A stretch of DNA of 64,000 nt from Eledone cirrhosa (GCA_964016885.1 OZ024762.1:5828001-5892000), one strand, 5' to 3'; shown: positions 40,136-53,764, numbered from the stretch's first letter. The notes: generated by a model not told the origin, from the sequence alone. A program made the numbers and translations.

Positions 40136-40198
40136 ATAGCAACATTCGTAGCATTTTTCGGACGTCTACTATTATTGTCTGAGCAACATATCCAATAT
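40136..40198 (-). CDS. Candidate coding exon (63 nt)
   Basis: Acceptor CATCACACAG, donor GTAAGT. Phase 1/1 reads IGYVAQTIIVDVRKMLRMLL; phase 2/2 (YWICCSDNNSRRPKNATNVA) is also open. Confidence 0.5.
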
Positions 40199-40219
40199 CT
40201 GTGTGATGTGCTTGTACAG

Positions 40220-40262
<43 letters not shown>

Positions 40263-40291
40263 TATGTGTATGTGTGTGTGTGTGTGTGTGC

Positions 40292-40330
<39 letters not shown>

Positions 40331-40334
<4 letters not shown>

Positions 40335-40538
40335 AACGAGTAGGACCCCGACGGCTGAGCTCAAGCCGTTTCGACGGCTAATTCTGGACTACATTTTAGT
40401 CCAGAATTAGCCGTCGAAACGGCTTGAGCTCAGCCGTCGGGGTCCTACTCGTTCCTATTACCCACTCTACTACCCTAAGTATTGAGTACTTTGGTGCGTT
40501 ATGGTCCACCTGGTTCCTTACCACATTTCCTTCCTTAT
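40331..40538. mobile_element. Fold-back hairpin element, family D
   Basis: ~60-bp perfect arms around CATTT, unique tail, (TA)n flanks. Confidence 0.9.
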
Positions 40539-40628
40539 ATATATATATATGAATGTATGTATAGTATATGTGATAATATACTGTATATTTATTTAAAAAC
40601 ATTTTGCAGACCGTGAGCACCGATACGA

Positions 40629-40681
<53 letters not shown>

Positions 40682-40751
40682 AGTAGAACAGTGGTGGGGT
40701 ATATCCGTAGCTGTAGAGACTCAGTCCATGGGACGAGTTTGGTAGGAGTAA

Positions 40752-40886
40752 CTCACTTAATTTACCATTTCCGAGAACAATTGTTCCACGTTAGTCGGAT
40801 CATCTGCTCGGTTTATTTTAAACCGAGTTGACGATCCGATGATTCGACTAAGGTGAAACAATTGTTCTCAGAAATGGTGAATTAAC
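40752..40886. repeat. Imperfect palindrome with a hammerhead-like motif
   Basis: TTAATTTACCATTTCCGAGAACAATTGTT ... AACAATTGTTCTCAGAAATGGTGAATTAA. CCGATGA...GAAAC at about 40836-40860. Confidence 0.7.
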
Positions 40887-40897
40887 TCTTGTGGAAT

Positions 40898-40950
<53 letters not shown>

Positions 40951-41114
40951 ACACACATATATGTATATATATGTGTGTGTGTGTCTGTGTGTACACACAC
41001 ACACACACGTGTCTATCAGAATCTGACCCGGTGTTCGGACAGAAGGGAGAGCATAAGTGAACTAACTGACCAGTGATTGGTTGGGTTCGATTGCATCGTT
41101 AGTGTACATCCTCT

Positions 41115-41152
<38 letters not shown>

Positions 41153-42269
41153 GAGAGCGAGAGAGAGAGGGAGGGAGAGATGACTTCTACAGGAACCGAA
41201 CTGGTTCATTCGTATGAAATCTGATGATTTCATCCGAATGAAACAGTTCTAGTTATGTACTGATCCCCTTTCCAGATACCACCATTATGTGTGTGACCCA
41301 ATTTCACACGACCAATTGGTCCCGGGGTGTACCTTTAGCTTAGGCCAGAAGCATCCGGGCCAGGTCCTAATTTGGAGACACCTCCAGAGCCGGATTTGGG
41401 GTAAATGAGGCCCTGTGCTACTTAAGTTATGAGGCCCCTTACTTGGCCCCTGAAAGAGGTAAAAAAATGTTTGGCAGGAAAATGGGCCCCCCCCCCCCCC
41501 CCCTGGCCAACGGGGTCCTGTGTTGAAGCACACCTAAGCACAATGGTAAATCCGGCAGTGTCTCCCTCTCTCCCACCTGTATCAGAGGTCTTGTAAGTAG
41601 TCGTGGGCATTGTCCCTGCCTACCAACGGTCTCAGAGGCCTTGAAAATAGTCATGGGCACTGCTCCTCCCTCCAACCAGGCTCAGAAGCCCCGAAAATAG
41701 TCAGACATTGTCACTGAGGCCCACAAGCCTCAGAGAACCTCAAAAGGATCATAGCCACCCCCCACCCCCACCTCACTAAATAGTAAAAAAAATATATATA
41801 TATATATATATATATAACGAAGGAAATGTGGTCAGGAACCAGATGGACCATAACGCACCAAAGTACTCAATACTTGGGGGGTATATATATATATATATAT
41901 ATTAGAACTCAGCTGTTAGCTTCACTTCGTCCTTCCGGAGTTGATAAAATAAAGTACCAGTCACATATTGAGGTCGATCTAATCGATCCCCCCTCCCCAC
42001 ATATTGTACCTAAACTAGAAATTGTCATTTCATTCATCCCTTCAGGGCAGAGTGGGGGCGGAGCGTGGTACCAGTTACATAGCCCATTCGACACCCACCT
42101 CCCAAATGGAGAAGTAACGGGAGGGAGGGGGGCTCTTTATGGTTGCTTTAACTTGCTAGAAATAGCAGTCAATTTCCCCTCCCACTGACACCCACTACAT
42201 CATTAGAAAAAGGACACATTGGATAGTATAGTCTTTGATATACCATGTCACAACAACAATAACAATAAT

Positions 42270-42470
42270 GATTTCTGGTATAGGCACAAGGCCAGCAATT
42301 TGGGGAGAGAGGAAAGTCGATTAAATCGACACCAGTGCATTACTGGTACTTTATTTCATCAACCACGTAAGGATGAAAGTCAAAGCTAAACTCAGAAGGA
42401 TTTGAACTCGGAACGTAAAGGGTCGCTATTATACACCGCAAAGTATGTTGTCTGGCGCTCTACCGAATGA
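42270..42470 (-). mobile_element. SINE family B
   Basis: Same central domain and reverse B box GGATTTGAACTC. Confidence 0.75.
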
Positions 42471-43009
42471 TAAGCCTTTCTTTATTGACCACTAGGGTCG
42501 AAATATAGTGGACGATACAAATGGCCTAGAATCATGGAGGGAGTTTACATATCAAACTTGTAAACAAAATAATATAAAACAAGAGAATTTCCCAACAGAG
42601 GGGTGAACCACCCAGGAGTAATTTACGAGCCCTACAGATCCGTAACCAGCCTGAGCACCAAGAACTTCTTAGGATGGTAGCCAGGCAAAGGGCCAGTAAT
42701 TTTGGACCAGGCCAAAGTGGACTTTATTAACCCAAGTTAATTTTATTTTATTGACATCGTCAGAATGAAACGCAAAGATGACCTGGATTAAATAAACAAC
42801 AGCATTTTGGCGGACGCTCTGCCGATTCTGCTAATAGGCGGCATGTGTATGACCAGAATGTCTGCGATCGTATTTTTGCTCAATCGGAGATTACCTGCTA
42901 GGTAGAGCAACAACGACAATGATACATATCTATAGTGCCGACAAAACTTAAGTACCAATAAAATACTGTTAGTCCTATATCGTTTTTGACGACGAGTGCT
43001 CAAGTTGAG

Positions 43010-43290
43010 TCAACTGCCTGTTTGTGAGATTCACGTTCAATCAGCTGAGCGCATTCCACAGACACGTGCACCCTTAACGCTGTTCTCGGGAAGATTCCGC
43101 GTGACAATATGTGACAAGGCCTGGCCCTTGAATTTACAGCTACAATTCATTTTTTTTTTCCAGCTGAGTGGAGTGGAGCAACGTGAAATAAAGTGTCTAG
43201 CTCAAGGACACAACATACCGTCCTTATCCAGGTATTGAGCTCAAGACCTTCAGGCTCGTAAGCTGAACACCCTAACCACTAAGCTACACT
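43010..43290 (-). mobile_element. CORE-SINE subfamily copy (a related copy lies on + at about 43640-43910)
   Basis: Reverse core CCTTGAGCTAGACACTTTATTTCACGTTGCTCCACTCCACTCAGCTG and head GCTTAGTGGTTAGGG. Confidence 0.7.
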
Positions 43291-43958
43291 ATATAATGTA
43301 GCATGAACCCTACAATCAATTTTAAAAACATTATCAATAGTCGGTATAGCGACGGACAAAATGCCCTGCGCTATTTTTGTTCCAACTCTTTATAATCCGA
43401 GTTCAAATCCCACCGAAGTCAACTTTCTATGTATGTCCTGCCAGGAATTGCAATTGGTAGATACTATTAGCAATGGAAATACCAATGGAAACATTGTTTC
43501 CATCGTCCGATGTGCGCCCCCCCCCCCCCCCCCCACACACACACTTGATAAGCGAATGTGGTGTGGGATCTTGTTGATTCATCGATTTTACTTCAACTAA
43601 TGAATGTACTTTGTGTAAAGGTGAAAGGGACCATTCGGTTAACGATCGTCAGGTCAGCAGTTCGATTCAAGGCGTTGAGTCGTGTCCTTAAACAAGACTC
43701 TTTGTTTTCTCTTGTTCCAATTTACTCAGCAAACAAAAAGTGAATTGTACCTGTAATTCAAAGGGCCAGCCCTGTCATACAGAATCTGCCTATGGGTACA
43801 CGTGTCTGTAGAAAGCTCAGCCACTTGCACGTGAATTATATTTACGACGAGGTTGTTCCGGTGTTTGAACAACTGGGACACTCATCGAAACCGACGGAGA
43901 TCCCCAACAAAATGTAATACACTTGTTGCCGTGTTTATACATACATACATACATACAC

Positions 43959-43994
<36 letters not shown>

Positions 43995-44224
43995 TTGTTA
44001 CTGTAGGTAGGTGTGTGTGTGTGTATATAATACTCATGTTATTGTGTGCCGGTGTTAATATATAATAAAGATTTTAACGATGTGAACATGTGAGTATATA
44101 TAATACACTTGTTGCCGCGGGTAGGTGTGCGAGTATATATAATACACTTGTTATGGTATGTGTATATATATAATACACTTGTTACAGTGCATCGATATGA
44201 AGTTATAGGAGTTTATATATATAT

Positions 44225-44428
44225 AACGAAGGAAATGTGGTAAGGAACCAGGTGGACCATAACGCACCAAAGTACTCAATACTTAGGGTAGTAGAGTGGG
44301 TAATAGGAACGAGTAGGACCCCGACGGCTGAGCTCAAGCCGTTTCGACGGCTAATTCTGGACTCTGGAGTCCAGAATTAGCCGTCGAAACGGCTTGAGCT
44401 CAGCCGCCGGGGTCCTACTCGTTCCTAT
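44225..44428. mobile_element. Fold-back hairpin element, family D (opposite orientation)
   Basis: Tail AACGAAGGAAATGTGGTAAGG..., then a palindrome centred on GGACTC-TG-GAGTCC. Confidence 0.9.
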
Positions 44429-44526
44429 ATATATATATACACACCACACACACTTGTTACCGTGTACCGATGTGTATAAGCAATACTCTACACCTCCCAA
44501 GTTATAGTTTAAGGTAGTTTTCTTAC

Positions 44527-44567
44527 TATTTTCCACTCAGGTAAATTTCTCTTCTTTTTAACACCCA
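44527..44567 (-). other. Candidate 41-nt exon (contains stops in the frame that threads the gene model)
   Basis: Acceptor TTGTTACAG, donor GTAAGA. Confidence 0.3.
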
Positions 44568-44928
44568 CTGTAACAATTTCTCATACAGTAATACTATTTG
44601 TAGCAGCAGTAGTAGAAGTAGTTGTTGCTACAATAATAATGCTTTCTGATTTAGGCACAAGCCAACAATTTCGAGGGTGGAGAAAGCCGATTAAATCTAC
44701 CCAGTACATTACTGGTACTTTATTTTATCGACCCCGTAAGAATGAAAGGCAAAGTTAACCTCGATGGGATTGCTATGATAGTAATAGTTGTTGCTGCTAT
44801 AATAATAGTAGTAGTAGTTGTTGCTATATATATATATATATATTATGTAAAGTAAGTCAAGTTGTAGTAGTATATATTTTATCTAAGTGATGACGGGTTT
44901 TAAAAGAAATTCAAGTCGAACAACTTAC

Positions 44929-45007
44929 CTAGTTTTAAGGTAAAGCTCCTTCGCACTGTCACACAACTTTAACACTGCTTCTGACTGTCTTGTTAGTATT
45001 ATAGTAG
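44929..45007 (-). CDS. Candidate coding exon (79 nt)
   Basis: Strong acceptor TTTCTCCTCTTCCAG and donor AG/GTAAGT. The only open frame is TIILTRQSEAVLKLCDSAKELYLKT, phase 1/2. Confidence 0.5.
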
Positions 45008-45041
45008 CTGGAAGAGGAGAAAGTACTGAACTGTGGGGGGT

Positions 45042-46805
45042 GGAGCGGCGGTGATAGTGATGTGTGGTGGTGGGAGGTGCTGAATGATGGTGGTGGAGAT
45101 GGTACTAGTAATGGGGAGGGGGGTGGAAGAGAGAAGTGGTGGTGGAGCGGCGGTGATAGTGATGTGTGGTGGTGGGAGGTGCTGAATGATGGTGGTGGAG
45201 ATGGTACTAGTAATGGGGAGGGGGGTGGAAGAGAGAAGTGGTGGTGGAGCGGCGGTGATAGTGATGTGTGGTGGTGGGAGGTGCTGAATGATGGTGGTGG
45301 AGATGGTACTAGTAATGGGGGGGTGGAAGAGAGAAGTGGTGGTGGAGCGGCGGTGATAGTGATGTATGGTGGTGGGAGGTGGTGCTAGTAATGGGAGGGG
45401 AAGAGAGAAGAGGTGCTGAACGGTGGTGGTGGAGCGGCGGTGATAGTGTCAGTGATATGTGTTAATGAGAGGGTGGGGAGCGGCAATGATAATGATGTGT
45501 AGTTGTAGCGGTAAGAGGGGAAGGAGAGGGGGGTGATGAAAGATAGGGGGGGGGGGGGCAGCGATAACAGTGATAATGTGTAGGGTGGTGGCAGGAGGAA
45601 GGAGATAAGTGAGAAAAGGGGGGAGAGCGGCGGCGGCGGTGATAGTGATAATGATGTGTAGGATGGTGGTAATGGTGGGGATGATGATGTTGTTACTGGT
45701 GGTGGAGACGGTGTCCCGTGGCGATAGTGGTGGTGATGGTGTTATTGCTGGTGATAGTGGTGGTGATGGTGTTATTGGTGGTGGTAGTGGTGGTGATGGT
45801 GTTGTTGGTGGTGATGGTGTGATGGTAGTGGTGGTGATGGTGTTGTTGGTGGTGGTAGTGGTGGTGATGGTGTTGTTGGTGGTGGTAGTGGTGATAGTGG
45901 TGGTGATGGTGTTATTGGTGGTGGTAGTGGTGATAGTGGTGGTGATGGTGTTGTTGGTGGTGATGGTGTGATGGTAGTGGTGGTGATGGTGTTATTGCTG
46001 GTGATAGTGGTGGTGATGGTGTTGTTGGTGGTGATGGTGTGATGGTAGTGGTGGTGATGGTGTTATTGCTGGTGATAGTGGTGGTGATGGTGTTGTTGGT
46101 GGTGGGTGTGATGGTAGTGGTGGTGATGGTGTTGTTGGTGGTGGTAGTGGTGATAGTGGTGGTGATGGTGTTGTTGGTGGTGGGTGTGATGGTAGTGGTG
46201 GTGATGGTGTTGTTGGTGGTGGTAGTGGTGGTAGTGATGGTAGTGGTGGTGATGGTGTTGTTGGTGGTGGTAGTGGTGATAGTGGTGGTGATGGTGTTGT
46301 TGGTGGTGGGTGTGATGGTAGTGGTGGTGATGGTGTTGTTGGTGATGGTGTGATGGTAGTGGTGGTGATGGTGTGATGGTGGTGATGGTAGTGGTGGTGA
46401 TGGTGTTGTTGGTGGTGGTAGTGGTGGTAGTGGTGGTGATGGTGTGATGGTGTTGTTGGTGGTGGTAGTGGTGGTAGTGATGGTAGTGGTGGTGATGGTG
46501 TTGTTGGTGGTGGTAGTGGTGATAGTGATGGTAGTGGTGGTGATGGTGTTGTTGGTGGTGGTAGTGATGGTAGTGGTGGTGATGGTGTTGTTGGTGGTGG
46601 TAGTGGTGATAGTGGTGGTAGTGGTGGTGATGGTGTTGTTGGTGGTGGTAGTGGTAATAGTGGTGGTGATGGTGTTGTTGGTGGTGGGTGTGATGGTAGT
46701 GGTGGTGATGGTGTTGTTGGTGATGGTGTGATGGTAGTGGTGGTGATGGTGTTGTTGGTGGTGGTAGTGGTGGTAGTGGTGGTGATGGTGTGATGGTGTG
46801 ATGGT
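45042..46805. repeat. 102-bp G-rich tandem repeat (about 3.5 units) followed by a (GGT/GAT)n tract
   Basis: GGAGCGGCGGTGATAGTG at 45042, 45144 and 45246. Confidence 0.9.
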
Positions 46806-47044
46806 ACTAGCTAGGAAGTTAGTATACAATATTTTTTAGGCGGAGGTGTTGTTGTTGTTCTTGTTGGAGTGGTGGTAGGCGGTGACGGAGAGAGGGAGTG
46901 AGAGAAGTGAAGGTGAGAGTGGTGGTGGTGGTGGTGCTAGCTAGGAAGTAAGTTATATTTATCCATGGAGAAGGGAAAGAGAGAGAAATATCTGATTTGT
47001 GTGAATGGTGGCGTAGTGGATTTGGTGGTAGCATCATCATCATC

Positions 47045-47087
<43 letters not shown>

Positions 47088-47577
47088 ACGAAGATGTATG
47101 TGAGGGGGATATCCTCCTTCCACCACACCCCCTTTCTTATGTGATTCGCTGAATAGAAAAGAGAGAAAGAGGAGTAGAGAGTGTAAGTATGTGTGTTGAA
47201 CGGCACAACACATACACACATGTATGTATATATATATATACGTGTATATATGTATGTATATATATATATATATATACGGGTATGTCAATATTTATTTATA
47301 AAACAAATCTGTATTTTATCTGATGAAAGCGCACCATAATTTGCCTTGGTTGCCCTTGAAATATATATAATAATTGTCGTTTTATAAATATAGTTTCCAT
47401 TTATTAATATATATATAGGAAAAAGTATGACCCCGACGGCAGAGCTCAAGCCGTTTCGATGGTCATTTCTGGACATATATATATATTGCTCTAGGGTTCT
47501 TATATATTTGATATATATTTATCCTTATCGAGCCCTTGGGATTTTAGTCTTCACATTTATTATTATTACTGTGTGTG

Positions 47578-47658
<81 letters not shown>

Positions 47659-47659
47659 T

Positions 47660-47860
47660 GGATTCAATCGGGGGTGACCACACTAAGTACTCAATACAAA
47701 GCAGAGTATAAATGTTTAATATAGAAAAGGCTTCTACAGGACTAGAACTGTTTCATTCGAATGAAACAGTTCTAGTCCTGTAGAAGCCTTTCTATATTAA
47801 ATATTTATACTCTGCTTTGTATTGAGTACTTTACTTACTGTGGTCACCCCTGATTGAACC
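47660..47860. repeat. Palindrome with ~95-bp arms, folded at the stem II region of a hammerhead-like motif
   Basis: Centre TTTCATTCGAATGAAA (47751-47766). Non-palindromic relatives at 41221 and 51625 read CTGATGATTTC....GAATGAAACAGTTCT. Confidence 0.8.
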
Positions 47861-47866
47861 TGTTTG

Positions 47867-47921
<55 letters not shown>

Positions 47922-48099
47922 GAAGTAATTCCGTCGGAAAAGTCCAGGAAAAAACATAACTATTAAGCTCTGTTACCTACATAGAGCACTCTTTTTCCTG
48001 GATTATTTATGTGTGTATGTATGTATGTGTATATGTGTGTGTATGTATATATATACACATATATATGTGCGTGTGTGTGTGAATATGTGTGTGTATGTA

Positions 48100-48156
<57 letters not shown>

Positions 48157-48386
48157 ATGTATATAATTGTGTGTGTGTGTGTGTGTTTGCATGTGTGTTA
48201 TAATTTTATTTTTCCTTTCCTTCTTCCTTCTCCAGCCTCACTTTCATATAGATTGCATTTTTGTTTTTAGAATCCAATTGTCAATAAATACACCAGGATT
48301 TTTTCATTCTGATGATTGAAAGCAACATTTTTTGCTTTTAAGAAACCACTGGTAAATGGAATAATTGCCTTATGTTGTTTATTACA

Positions 48387-48429
<43 letters not shown>

Positions 48430-48665
48430 GTGTGTATGTATGTATCTGTGTGTGCGTGTATGTATCTGTGTATGTGTGTATATGTGTATGTATGTGTTTG
48501 TATGTATGCATGTGTGTATGTGTAAGTGTGTATGTGTATATGTATGTGTCTATGTATGTGTGTGTATGTATGTATGTATATATGTATGTATGTGTGTGCA
48601 TGTATATCTATATATATATGTATGTGTGTATGTATGTATGTGTGTGTATGTATGTGTGCCATTTC

Positions 48666-48748
<83 letters not shown>

Positions 48749-48877
48749 CATTTCTATATATATATACATATATACATAAATATATACATACATACATTAT
48801 CTTTCTATATATATATTTCGTTTCTGAATTTGTTTAGCAAGATTCTTTATCTGAAAACGTGTGTTGAAACCGATATT

Positions 48878-49140
48878 GTTATACTTTGGGAGGGTCATGT
48901 TGCCAATAAGAAACACACGCACCAGTTGCTTTCACTTCAATTTATTATAATAAATTTTATAAATTTAGGAATTTATAAATTTCCGGTTGGTTGGTTGGTT
49001 CCACAACCAGATGGTTGCTTATATATTGTCAAAGTTCTTTCGTCACACATTCTGTGACCTCTTCAGTGACTGGGGATCCTTTTCTTTGTTTTTGTGCTTC
49101 TCCTTTGTTCTGTCCTACGCCATCTTGTTTCTGTTTGTTT
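48878..49140 (-). mobile_element. Penelope pseudo-LTR-like element with an intact minimal hammerhead (49028-49070)
   Basis: Minus strand GTCA-CTGAAGA-G-GTCACA GAATG TGTGAC-GAAA-GAACTT-TGAC, stem I GTCA/TGAC. Confidence 0.7.
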
Positions 49141-49229
49141 CTATATATATATATATATATACACAAATACATACATATAAATACACACACACACACAATA
49201 TATACATATATACATACATACACATATAC

Positions 49230-49298
<69 letters not shown>

Positions 49299-49375
49299 TA
49301 TACATACACATATACACACATATATATACACACATATATATACATATATATATACATATATATATATACATATAT

Positions 49376-49799
49376 AATAAAGTTAAATAAAAGTCAAATG
49401 ATTAAAATTTAGCTTCGTTTATTACTGCTATATATATTTCAGTGACAGCCATCTTTGGCTGTGACCTCTTCAGGCAGTTTGAATTAGTATGGTATAGACA
49501 AGTACATATGTTGTTTAGGTGTATGATATTGTCAATACTCTGATATGCCCAGTTCCTTGTTGGGTTGTTAATTCACTGGGGAACTGGAGTCATATGACTC
49601 CAGTTCCCCAGTGAATTAACAACTGGGCATATCAGAGTATTGACAATATCATACACCTAAACAACATATGTACTTGTCTATACCATACTAATTCAAACTG
49701 CCTGAAGAGGTCACAGCCAAAGATGGCTGTCACTGAAATATATATAGCAGTAATAAACGAAGCTAAATTTTAATCATTTGACTTTTATTTAACTTTATT
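49376..49799. repeat. Palindrome with ~205-bp arms and no loop, carrying a hammerhead motif in each arm
   Basis: Centre GGAGTCAT/ATGACTCC at 49593/49594, ~11-nt indel between the arms. CTGC-CTGAAGA...GAAATATATA-GCAG at 49698-49750. Confidence 0.9.
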
Positions 49800-51001
49800 T
49801 TACACTACTCCGGAGTAACCAAACCAACCTGCGCACTTCGTCGAGTGCTCCAGCCTGCATACTGAGGTGTTGGTATACAACCAACATAAACTCAAAATCT
49901 ATATACATATATATATATATATATATATAGATACATATATATATATCACCCACACCTACGTACACACCGATACGCCACCCACTCCACACACGTACCACCA
50001 CCACTAACCCCCACTCACACACCCGCATATACCCCTCTCTGACCCCTCTCCATCCACACGCACACACACACACGTACACCTACACACATACACACACACA
50101 CCACCTTCAGCCCTCCCCACTCGGACCCCACTCCCCATCCACCCCATCCACCCACCACCACCCCTACACGCCTCATACTCGTTCACCACTTGTTTCTTTT
50201 TATTTTTTTTTTTTTTTTTTACTCCCTAAAAAGAATGTGTTCCTCCCTTTCCTCTCCCCATCTTTTTTTAATGTCTTTCCACCACTCCCCACACACCCTC
50301 GGAACTCTTTTCCTGTCCATTTTTCTCCTGAGGAATGGCTTATGCCCAAAACGTCGTCCTCCACTCCCCACTCTCAAGCGTGAAACTAATATTAACATTT
50401 GTACTGCTTCTTCGCTTCCACATTGTTTTTTTTGTTTTCTGTTAACTGTCTCAACTTTAAAATATATATATATATATATATAAGGGTTAAAATAATATAT
50501 ATATATATATATATATCAACTAGAAATTGATTGACATATAAATATATCTAAAATAAACATATGAAATAATCACAGGGGATAATTTGTAAAAGTGACTAAG
50601 CACACATAGCTATGTAGATAACTAAATAAAGTTTAACTAGAACTTCAAAAATAGATACCTTATAAATTGATTAATCTTCCTTGTATATATTCCATTAAAG
50701 AAATATATTTCACCAATTAATCGATTGGTAAACGACAGTAGCCAGATCTTGGATTTTCAACAAAGAAGAGGACTTTATATGTCAATCAATTTCTAGTTGA
50801 TATAAAATGGTCGGATCTATTTATTTGAATCTTGGAGCATATTTTTACGGGTGATATGGCGCATGTCTATCTGACATGACACCCTTAATTTAACTTAATT
50901 TTGGATATACATATATATATATATATATGTGTGTGTATATGCGTATATATATATATATTGTTATACTTTGGGAGGGTCATGTTGCCAATAATTCAGAAAC
51001 G

Positions 51002-51072
<71 letters not shown>

Positions 51073-51075
<3 letters not shown>

Positions 51076-51290
51076 TCATCATCATCATCATCATCGTTTA
51101 ACGTCCATATTCCACGCTTGCATGGGTTTGGACGGGAGATTTTCCACTTGAGGCAAGAGTGGTTGTCTTGCTCGCATAAGACTGTCTGGCGGGTTTTCTA
51201 CAGCTGGATGCCCTTCCTAACACCAACCACATTTACAGTGTGGAACTGGGAGGTTTTTACCGTGTTACCTACACGGCCACATTACAGCGT

Positions 51291-51292
<2 letters not shown>
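51073..51292 (-). mobile_element. SINE/RTE-type tail fragment (near-identical copy at 55503-55770)
   Basis: (CAT)n-GTTTAACGTCCA...CAGCTGGATGCCCTTCCTAACACCAACC. Confidence 0.75.
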
Positions 51293-51323
<31 letters not shown>

Positions 51324-51899
51324 GCATATATATGTATATAAGTATAAGAGTGTGTGTTTGTGCGAGTGTGTGGGAGTGAGGGCTTTATATGTGAGCGTGT
51401 GGGGATGTGTTTGTAGACACCTGACCATAGCCATTGTTAGCTTAAGTGAACCTTAAAAATCAGGGGTGGCACCCCCAGAGTGAACTTGTCTATAGAATTC
51501 TTTCTGCCTTTGTTACTCTAAATCTAGTCTTTAAACCAATGACCTCCACCCATCCCAATCAACACCCTCTCCTACCACCAGAAAAGATATAAATACCACC
51601 ATATTTACTTGGACAGTCAGCTTCCTGATGATTTCTCCTGAATGAAACAGTTCTCCTCCTGTAGAAGACTTTTCTATATTAAATATTTATACTCTGCTAT
51701 GTATTGAGTACCTTACTTACTGTGGTTACCCCCGATTGAACCCGGGATAAACTTATATATATATATATACATACGTGTGTATGTATGTATGTGTGTATAT
51801 GTGTATGTATATGTAAACGTATGTGTTTGTATGTATGCATGTATGTGTATATGTATGTGTGTATGTATGTATATATGTATGTATGAATTGCTGTTGCAT

Positions 51900-52230
51900 T
51901 TCCAGACAGCAAAGGTCCTCCTATGGCGCTGACATGCAGCGTCTGTGCGAGACTCTGCCTCAGCAAAGCTGGACTCGAAAGTCATCTTCGCAGTCATAAA
52001 GTGAGACCAATGGTTGACAACCAGGCTGCTGTTGGAGATGCTACTCAGCATGCCTGTCAAGCATGTGGAAGAGAATGTAGATCAGCAGGAGGGCTCAAAT
52101 GACATGCAAGGGTACATGAACTCCAACCACAGCCGGCTATTCCCAGTGAATGTTTTGGTTGTGCAAGACATTTTAGATCATTGGCTGGGCTAAAGAGCCA
52201 CATTCGATCGCAGCGCTGTTAATTGCTATC
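51900..52230 (+). mobile_element. RTE/BovB-type LINE C-terminal tandem C2H2 zinc fingers
   Basis: LTCSVCARLCLSKAGLESHLRSH and HACQACGRECRSAGGLK*HARVH, with an in-frame stop. Confidence 0.6.
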
Positions 52231-52770
52231 GTGTGTGTGTGTGTAGATATGTTTATGTGTGTGCGCGTGTGTGTATATATATATATGTATATTATTATTG
52301 TTTTTTTTTCATTCTTCTATTATTACATCCTCTGTTTCTTGTTTTTTTACACGCAGAAATGCCCATTTGTACCGCCCTGTATTGTCCTGTACTGTCCTTA
52401 ATGTCTACTTTATGTAAACCCTTGTGGTTAATAAAGAAATCATTATTATTGTTGTTGTCGTTATTATTGTTGTTGTTATTATTATTATTATTATTATTGT
52501 TATTATTATGGAGGTTTTTTTTCTCGTGCAATGGCCATACTCGATAACGAGGGGGAAGCCATCATGTATGTGTGTATGTATATATGTATGTGTGTGTATG
52601 TATATATGTATGTGTGTGTATGTATATATGTATGTATGTGTGTGTATGTATGTGTATGTATGTATGTATATATGTATGTATGTGTATATGTATGTATGAG
52701 TGTGTGTATATATATATATATATATGTATGTGTGTATGTATGTGTGTATGTATATATGTATGTATGTATG

Positions 52771-52833
<63 letters not shown>

Positions 52834-53329
52834 TTATGTATGTGTGTATGTATGTGTGTGTGAATGTATGTATGTATGTATGTATGTGTGAGTGTGTGTG
52901 AGTGTATGTATGTGTGTATGTATGTATGTGTGAGTGTACGTATGTGTGTGTGAGTGTATGTATGTGTATGTATGTGTGTGTGAGTGTATGTATGTGTGAG
53001 TGTACGTATGTGTGTGTGAGTGTATGTATGTGTATGTATGTATGTATGTGTATGTGTATGTGTGTATGTATGTAGAGAGAGAGATTGGTGGAGATAAAAG
53101 CTGTGCAGGTGTAAGATAAAAAGTGTGTGTGTGTGTGTGTGTATGAAGTAAAGAGATAGTGTGAGAGGTGAGAGAGAGAGAGAGAGAGAGATGTGTGAGG
53201 AGAAGCTGATAGGAGGAGAAGGAGGAGGAGAGACAGAAACTAAATGTGGAGGGGAGGGGGGTTGCTATTTGGTCCCAGGTCAATACTTTTCAAGTACAAA
53301 CACCTATGATCAAATACATTCCAACACTG

Positions 53330-53637
53330 ACCATCATCATCACCATCATCATCACCATCACCATCATCATCATCATCACCACCACTATCATCATCATCAT
53401 CATCATCCCCATCATCATTACCATCATCATCATCATCACTATCATCACCATCACCATTACCATTATCACCATCATCATCACCATCATCATCATCATCATT
53501 ATCATCTCTATCAGCATCACCATCACCATCATCACCATCATCACTATCATCACTATCACCACCATCGCCATCACCACCACCACCATCACCATCATCACCA
53601 TCATCACCATCATCACCATCACACTTACCTTTATCCC

Positions 53638-53685
<48 letters not shown>

Positions 53686-53750
53686 TACCATCTCTATCAG
53701 CATCATCCCCATCATCCCCATCACCATCACCATCATCACCATCATCACCA
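53330..53750. repeat. (CAT/CAC)n microsatellite
   Basis: Visible. Confidence 0.95.
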
Positions 53751-53764
53751 TTTTGCAGATATGT

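Noticed and set aside
51900-52130. Host C2H2 zinc-finger gene (also 16005-16190)
   Set aside because: Only two fingers, no TGEKP linkers, stops or frameshifts present. Fits RTE-type LINE C-termini better.
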